A stretch of DNA of 64,000 nucleotides, taken from Candidatus Saccharimonadia bacterium. Lineage in GTDB: Bacteria > Patescibacteriota > Saccharimonadia > Saccharimonadales > JALRHH01. The notes beneath the pieces were generated by a model, which was given only the letters and a program-made list of their open reading frames with translations, ran no database searches and was not told the origin of the DNA. Numbering within the stretch: the first letter of the stretch is position 1; each line of letters starts with the position of its first letter. Shown here one piece after another: positions 59,066 through 64,000 of the stretch. The stretch is from NCBI GenBank assembly GCA_023253175.1, contig JALRHH010000002.1:199-64198 (forward strand), in the 5' to 3' direction. Both the position numbers and the translations under genes were made by a program.

Positions 59066-59632
59066 CTATTCAGCTGATTTTTCTTCAGATTTCTTGCGTT
59101 CTACCGGACTTGGTAGTGCCTTCTGCTGCGGAGCATCCGCGCCTTTTAGGGCCTGCTGCAAAAGCTCCACCAAATTAGCTGCGTGTTCTCTGCTCATGCC
59201 CAGGCGTGAAACCATGAGCGGCTGAGTTGCCGGACCGTTAGTCTGCATGAAGTTAAGCACCAATCCGTGCTGGTTCATGACGGCGTGTGCCATATCGGTA
59301 TAGATCACCCGAGCGTCAACTGGCATCACCATGACGGTGTTCTTAAGGCCGTTGTCGTCTCCAAGGCCGTCAAGCTTTTCGTAGCCAGCAAGCTCCCAGA
59401 GCTTCGTCGCTTCTTCTTCCTTAACCGCAAAATGGCTGATGAGCAAGAGCAGGATGTCTTCACTTGGGCGCTGTCGGCCTTGCTCAATTTCATCAATAAG
59501 ACTTAAGTCAACTTCAACACTGCCGGCAACCTCAGCAACACTTTCGCTGAGCGTTTCCCGCATCCGACGCAGGCGCGCGCCGAGTAATTTGTATGGTACC
59601 TCTGAGTTTGTGTCTGCCATGTCTATATCCAT
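59066..59632 (-). CDS. XRE-family HTH protein with a DUF3467-like C-terminal domain
   Basis: LGARLRRMRE...IEQGRQRPS; VIYTD...LVLNFMQ...SRLGMSREHA. Confidence 0.75.
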   Translation of the reverse strand: MDIDMADTNSEVPYKLLGARLRRMRETLSESVAEVAGSVEVDLSLIDEIEQGRQRPSEDILLLLISHFAVKEEEATKLWELAGYEKLDGLGDDNGLKNTVMVMPVDARVIYTDMAHAVMNQHGLVLNFMQTNGPATQPLMVSRLGMSREHAANLVELLQQALKGADAPQQKALPSPVERKKSEEKSAE

Positions 59633-59706
59633 GGTACACCGCTACCTGCCACGAAGCAACAGACCAGCTATCTTGAATCCAAAGACGTAGGCTATAATAA
59701 ATCTAT

Positions 59707-60732
59707 ATGTACATCCTAGAAAACGTCCCGCTTCGCAATTATTCAACTATGAGACTTGGTGGCACCGCCGCATTTCTAACAGAAGTAAACAATCGACATG
59801 AACTGGTTGAGGCAGCCGAGTGGGCAGCCGACAAGAACGTCCCAATCATGGTCATTGGCGAAGGCAGCAATATTATCTGGGATGATGACGGCTACCCCGG
59901 AATTGTCGTGGTTAATAAAATCACTGGTATCACCAGCAGTGGTGACTACGACACTGGCGTGTATATTACTGCCGCCAGCGGTGAAAACTGGGATAATTTC
60001 GTCGCCCATACGACAAAGCAAGGCCTTACCGGCATTGAATTTCTTTCCCTTATTCCTGGCACAGTTGGTGCAACCCCTGTTCAAAATGTTGGGGCGTACG
60101 GCGCAGAAGTATCAAGTACCATCACAACAATCGAGGCATACGATACCGTAGAAAAGAAACTGGTCATTTTAAGGGGTAGTGATTGTCAATTCGGCTACCG
60201 AACGAGCCGCTTTAAGACAACCGACAAAGGCAGGTATCTTATAACTGCAGTGACATTCTTCCTGCAAAAAGGCAGCCCAGAAGGACCGTTTTATGGAGCG
60301 CTTGAAACCTATTTACGCGAGCACAACATCACCGATATAGACCCAGGCACCATTAGGGAAGCAGTGATAGCAATTAGATCCAGTAAGCTGCCCGATCCGA
60401 AGCTCGTCGCCAACAACGGCTCGTTCTTCGCCAACCCAATTGTTGCTGCGGGCGAACTTACACAGCTACTGGCTGATTACCCGACTATACCGTACTGGGA
60501 GCTGGGGAACGAGCGAATTAAGTTATCTGCCGCCTGGCTGATTGAGCAAGCTGGCTTTAAGGATTACCACGACGAAGAGACTGGTATGGGGACATGGCCA
60601 AAGCAGCCACTTGTACTCGTCAACGAACACGCTGAAACCACAGCCCAACTAAAAGCATTCCGCAAAAAGATTTTAGACGCTGTTCATATCAAATTTGGCG
60701 TTACCCTCGAACAAGAACCCGAACTCGTTTAA
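59707..60732 (+). CDS. murB: UDP-N-acetylmuramate dehydrogenase
   Basis: Motifs GEGSN, IPGTVGATPVQNVGAYG, FGYRTS, GSFFANP and LEQEP. Confidence 0.95.
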   Translation: MYILENVPLRNYSTMRLGGTAAFLTEVNNRHELVEAAEWAADKNVPIMVIGEGSNIIWDDDGYPGIVVVNKITGITSSGDYDTGVYITAASGENWDNFVAHTTKQGLTGIEFLSLIPGTVGATPVQNVGAYGAEVSSTITTIEAYDTVEKKLVILRGSDCQFGYRTSRFKTTDKGRYLITAVTFFLQKGSPEGPFYGALETYLREHNITDIDPGTIREAVIAIRSSKLPDPKLVANNGSFFANPIVAAGELTQLLADYPTIPYWELGNERIKLSAAWLIEQAGFKDYHDEETGMGTWPKQPLVLVNEHAETTAQLKAFRKKILDAVHIKFGVTLEQEPELV

Positions 60733-62012
60733 ACGTCGCTGGGGAGTGGGAATTGTTCCGCAAAGGTTTCGACTTCGATTCTTAACTTGTTAAGTGTTTC
60801 TTGGTCTTCCCTGGAGTCAATCGCCTGTTTCATCCATTCAGCAATTTGCTCCATATGCTCTTCCTTGAGACCACGAGACGTAATTGCCGGCGTACCGAGG
60901 CGTATGCCGCTCGGCCTAAATGGCGGCAACGGATCGTCTGCTACCGCATTTTTGTTGAGCGTAAGACCAATTTCATCGAGTGCAGTCTCTGCTACATTTC
61001 CGTCAATACCAAAGCTTTTGTGTACATCAGCCAAAATAAGGTGATTGCTTGTACCACCGGTGACGAGTTCGAAACCGCGCGCTTTCAGCGCATCCGCCAA
61101 AGCCGCTGCATTCTTTACAATCTGCTGTGCATAATCTTTGAATTCTGGCTGCAAGGCTTCACCAAATGCGACTGCCTTGGCTGCAATGACATGCATGTGT
61201 GGGCCGCCCTGCATTCCAGGGAAGATTGAACGATCAATCAGGGTTGGGATATTTTCGATGGTTTTTTCTGGGGCTTTCAGGGGATTACCGACCACGCCCT
61301 TACTCAAAATCAAGCCACCACGTGGACCACGCAGCGTCTTATGTGTGGTAGTGGTGATTACATGGAACCCGTAGTCAAACGGATTCTTTGCCACGCCGCC
61401 AACAATCAACCCCGCAATATGCGCCATATCCGCCATCAGTAGACACTGATCACCAACCTCTTTCGCAATAGCAGCGAACTTTTCGTAATCGAGTTCACGT
61501 GGATACGCACTGAAGCCGGCCAGGATAATCTTTGGCTTGTGTTCCAGGGCAAGTTCACGCAGCTCATCGTAATCAATCTCTCCGGTTGCAGGATCCTTCA
61601 TCTTGTAGCGGATGAAGTTATACAGCTTGGCACTACGGGTAACAGGCGCACCGTGTGTTAAGTGACCACCGTGGCCAAGGTCCATCGCGAGCACGGTATC
61701 ACCAGGCTCTAACCATGCGCTGTAGACCGCTTCGTTCGCAGGAGCACCAGAGTGTGGCTGCACGTTGGCATGATCTGCACCAAAGAGCTGCTTGGCACGA
61801 TCAATCGCAAGCTGTTCTACCTGATCAGTAAATTCCTGCCCGCCGTAGTAACGTCGACCCGGGTAACCTTCTGAATACTTGTTTGTAAAAACACTACCGA
61901 GTGCCGTCAGCACGTCACGGCTCACATAATTCTCTGATGGAATGAGTTCCAGACCCTTTCGCTGACGAGTCTCTTCTTTTTGTATCAAATCCCAAATAGT
62001 CGTGTCATTCAT
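60729..62012 (-). CDS. glyA: Serine hydroxymethyltransferase
   Basis: Motifs LIPSEN, EGYPGRRYYGG, GGHLTHG and TTTHKTLRGPRGG. Confidence 0.97.
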   Translation of the reverse strand: MNDTTIWDLIQKEETRQRKGLELIPSENYVSRDVLTALGSVFTNKYSEGYPGRRYYGGQEFTDQVEQLAIDRAKQLFGADHANVQPHSGAPANEAVYSAWLEPGDTVLAMDLGHGGHLTHGAPVTRSAKLYNFIRYKMKDPATGEIDYDELRELALEHKPKIILAGFSAYPRELDYEKFAAIAKEVGDQCLLMADMAHIAGLIVGGVAKNPFDYGFHVITTTTHKTLRGPRGGLILSKGVVGNPLKAPEKTIENIPTLIDRSIFPGMQGGPHMHVIAAKAVAFGEALQPEFKDYAQQIVKNAAALADALKARGFELVTGGTSNHLILADVHKSFGIDGNVAETALDEIGLTLNKNAVADDPLPPFRPSGIRLGTPAITSRGLKEEHMEQIAEWMKQAIDSREDQETLNKLRIEVETFAEQFPLPSDV

Positions 62013-62185
62013 AGCTGTTCCCTCTTTGCTATGTATTGTACATGAGCGAAATAGCGGCTACTGATGTAGTTTTCGCTATAGACCCTAAAAGGGGTTGAAC
62101 GGCCAGTATATGGGCGTACAATAGGAGTAAGCACACGAAACTTCTCTTGATTATTTATATCCCCTGTGATATAATAAAAGACACT

Positions 62186-63706
62186 ATGTCTACTACGAAT
62201 GAAAAAATTGGTCAACTTATTTATCAAGTAAGGCAAGAACGCAGCATGACGCAAGCAGAGTTTGCGCGCAAGCTCGGCACCAGCCAATCTGCCGTAAATC
62301 GCATCGAACACGGCAAACAGAACCTCAGCCTTGAGACACTCGGCCGCATCAGCGATGTGCTTAAGAAGCCGCTCATCAGCCTCGGTACCAGCGCCGTTAA
62401 CCTCCGCATCGAAGGTGGCCGCGAACTGAGCGGCAGCATCAAAACTAATGTCTCAAAGAACGCAGCCGTTTGTCTGTTGTTCGCTGCGCTCCTTAATAAG
62501 GGTACGACCCGATTCAAGCACATGCCTCGCATCGAAGAGGTCTACCGAATTATCGAGGTACTTGTGAGCCTGGGCGTGTCCGTTAAATGGATGCCGGGCA
62601 ATGACCTGGAGATCAAGCCGCCAGCAGAGCTGAACCTCGCCAAAATGGACAAGACTGCAGCCCGCAAGACGCGCAGCGTCATTATGATGCTTGGCCCACT
62701 AATGCATCTGTTTGACGATTTCAAGATCCCGTACGCAGGTGGCTGTAAGCTCGGTACCCGTACCGTGCAGCCGCACCTCTTTGCACTTGAGGAATTTGGC
62801 GTCGATATTATCGCCAAGACTGGTCACTACCACGTAACTGTTAACAAGAAGCAGCCGGAAGAAATTGTTCTGTACGAATCTGGTGACACTACAACCGAAA
62901 ACGTTATTATGGCCGCCGCAAAATTTGAAGGCGAAGTTACGATCAAGATGGCCAGCGCCAACTACATGGTCCAGGACCTCTGTTTCTTCCTAAAGAAGCT
63001 TGGCGTTAAGATCGACGGCATCGGCACAAGTACGCTTCGCATTCGCGGCGTCAAGGACATCAAAAAGAACGTTACCTATTACCCAAGTGAAGACCCAATT
63101 GAATCAATGACTTTCGTAGCAGCAGCTGTTGCGACTAACTCGAAGCTTACGATTACGCGTTCCCCTATCGATTTTCTTGAGCTCGAACTTTTGAAGCTCA
63201 AGAAAATGGGTCTCAAGGTTGAAGTGTCAGAACGATACAAAGCCAACAACGGCCACACCGAACTTGCTGATGTGACAATTCACAAGCATGACGGAATGTT
63301 GAAGGCATTAGACGAAAAGATCTATGCCCGTCCATTCCCTGGACTGAACATCGATAACCTCCCATACTTTGTACCGGTTGCAGCAGTAGCAAAAGGCCGC
63401 ACCCTTATCCATGACTGGGTATACGAAGAGCGCGCACTTTACTACACCGAGATGCGAAAACTTGGTGCGAACGTCACCCTAGCCGATCCGCACCGTGCAT
63501 ACATTGATGGGCCAACTAAGTGGAGTGCCGCAGACATCGTATGTCCACCTGCACTTCGCCCCGCCGTGCTACTACTTATTGGTATGCTTGCAGCCAATGG
63601 CGTTTCAATTTTGCGGAACGTATACTCGATCAACCGTGGCTACGAAGATCTGGCGGAACGCCTCAACAGCGTTGGCGCAAGTATCACCGTTATGCACGAA
63701 CTTTAG
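62186..63706 (+). CDS. murA: UDP-GlcNAc 1-carboxyvinyltransferase with an N-terminal XRE HTH
   Basis: HTH MTQAEFARKLGTSQSAVNRIE; then SKNA, GGCKLGTR and INRGYE. Confidence 0.93.
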   Translation: MSTTNEKIGQLIYQVRQERSMTQAEFARKLGTSQSAVNRIEHGKQNLSLETLGRISDVLKKPLISLGTSAVNLRIEGGRELSGSIKTNVSKNAAVCLLFAALLNKGTTRFKHMPRIEEVYRIIEVLVSLGVSVKWMPGNDLEIKPPAELNLAKMDKTAARKTRSVIMMLGPLMHLFDDFKIPYAGGCKLGTRTVQPHLFALEEFGVDIIAKTGHYHVTVNKKQPEEIVLYESGDTTTENVIMAAAKFEGEVTIKMASANYMVQDLCFFLKKLGVKIDGIGTSTLRIRGVKDIKKNVTYYPSEDPIESMTFVAAAVATNSKLTITRSPIDFLELELLKLKKMGLKVEVSERYKANNGHTELADVTIHKHDGMLKALDEKIYARPFPGLNIDNLPYFVPVAAVAKGRTLIHDWVYEERALYYTEMRKLGANVTLADPHRAYIDGPTKWSAADIVCPPALRPAVLLLIGMLAANGVSILRNVYSINRGYEDLAERLNSVGASITVMHEL

Positions 63707-63822
63707 TTCAAGATATTTTCAAGACCCGACTGATAGCCTGTCTTTAGATAGACGATATACCCTACCGCGATAGCCAGTAGTACCAGCAGGATAATTGTTC
63801 GGTGCCATTCTGTAAGTTTCAT
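63703..63822 (-). CDS. 39-aa single-TM peptide coupled to sortase
   Basis: MKLTEWHRTIILLVLLAIAVGYIVYLKTGYQSGLENILN*; the ATG directly follows the sortase TAA. Confidence 0.55.
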   Translation of the reverse strand: MKLTEWHRTIILLVLLAIAVGYIVYLKTGYQSGLENILN

Positions 63823-64000
63823 TTATTCCACCACCAATCGTGCAGTTATAACCAATCGATCCTTCGCAGACCAGAGCGGTGTACAGGTATAAATTGTAAG
63901 GACGGGGGCAGTCGTTGGCGCAACCAATGAAGTATCGGTTGGTGGCACTACATTAGTTGCCTCAACAACATATTCGTAGCGCTTGCCCTCCCAGTATATG
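63823..64000 (-). CDS. Sortase (C-terminal fragment; 5' end outside the window)
   Basis: IYWEGKRYEYVV...LTIYTCTPLWSAKDRLVITA, carrying the catalytic TLxTC-like motif and Arg. Confidence 0.88.
   Translation of the reverse strand, partial: IYWEGKRYEYVVEATNVVPPTDTSLVAPTTAPVLTIYTCTPLWSAKDRLVITARLVVE

Noticed and set aside
62013..62185. Possible ZTP or THF riboswitch upstream of glyA
   Set aside because: No recognisable consensus motifs; the region mostly holds divergent promoters.

Overview
Bacterial chromosome segment of about 45% GC using the standard genetic code. It is most consistent with Candidatus Saccharibacteria (Patescibacteria/CPR), an inference from gene content: compact housekeeping genes, HTH-MurA, a DUF348-G5-transglycosylase, sortase with an LPxTG protein, trehalase and many orphan secreted proteins. 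Core genes are iscS, tatD, metG, a DEAD-box helicase, rsmA, pcrA, tpiA-pgk-pyk, murD, murI, folD, murB, glyA and murA. RNA genes are tmRNA and tRNA-Glu, tRNA-Lys and tRNA-Arg. The most unusual features are: (1) an F1-like ATPase operon with no subunit a, whose c-subunit-like hairpin lacks the ion-binding carboxylate and is fused to an exported ~200-aa domain; (2) a lone ~67% GC gene between a long structured leader and two tandem three-way-junction trailers; (3) a LuxI/FeeM-like acyltransferase + ThiF + 7TM histidine kinase cassette, with three stand-alone receivers nearby; (4) a SAM-I riboswitch controlling an AlkB-like oxygenase-folE-folP operon; (5) a 5.6-kb low-GC serine-recombinase element in tRNA-Lys whose excision would swap the recombinase C-terminus. 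All calls come from reading motifs by eye; no database searches or folding programs were run.
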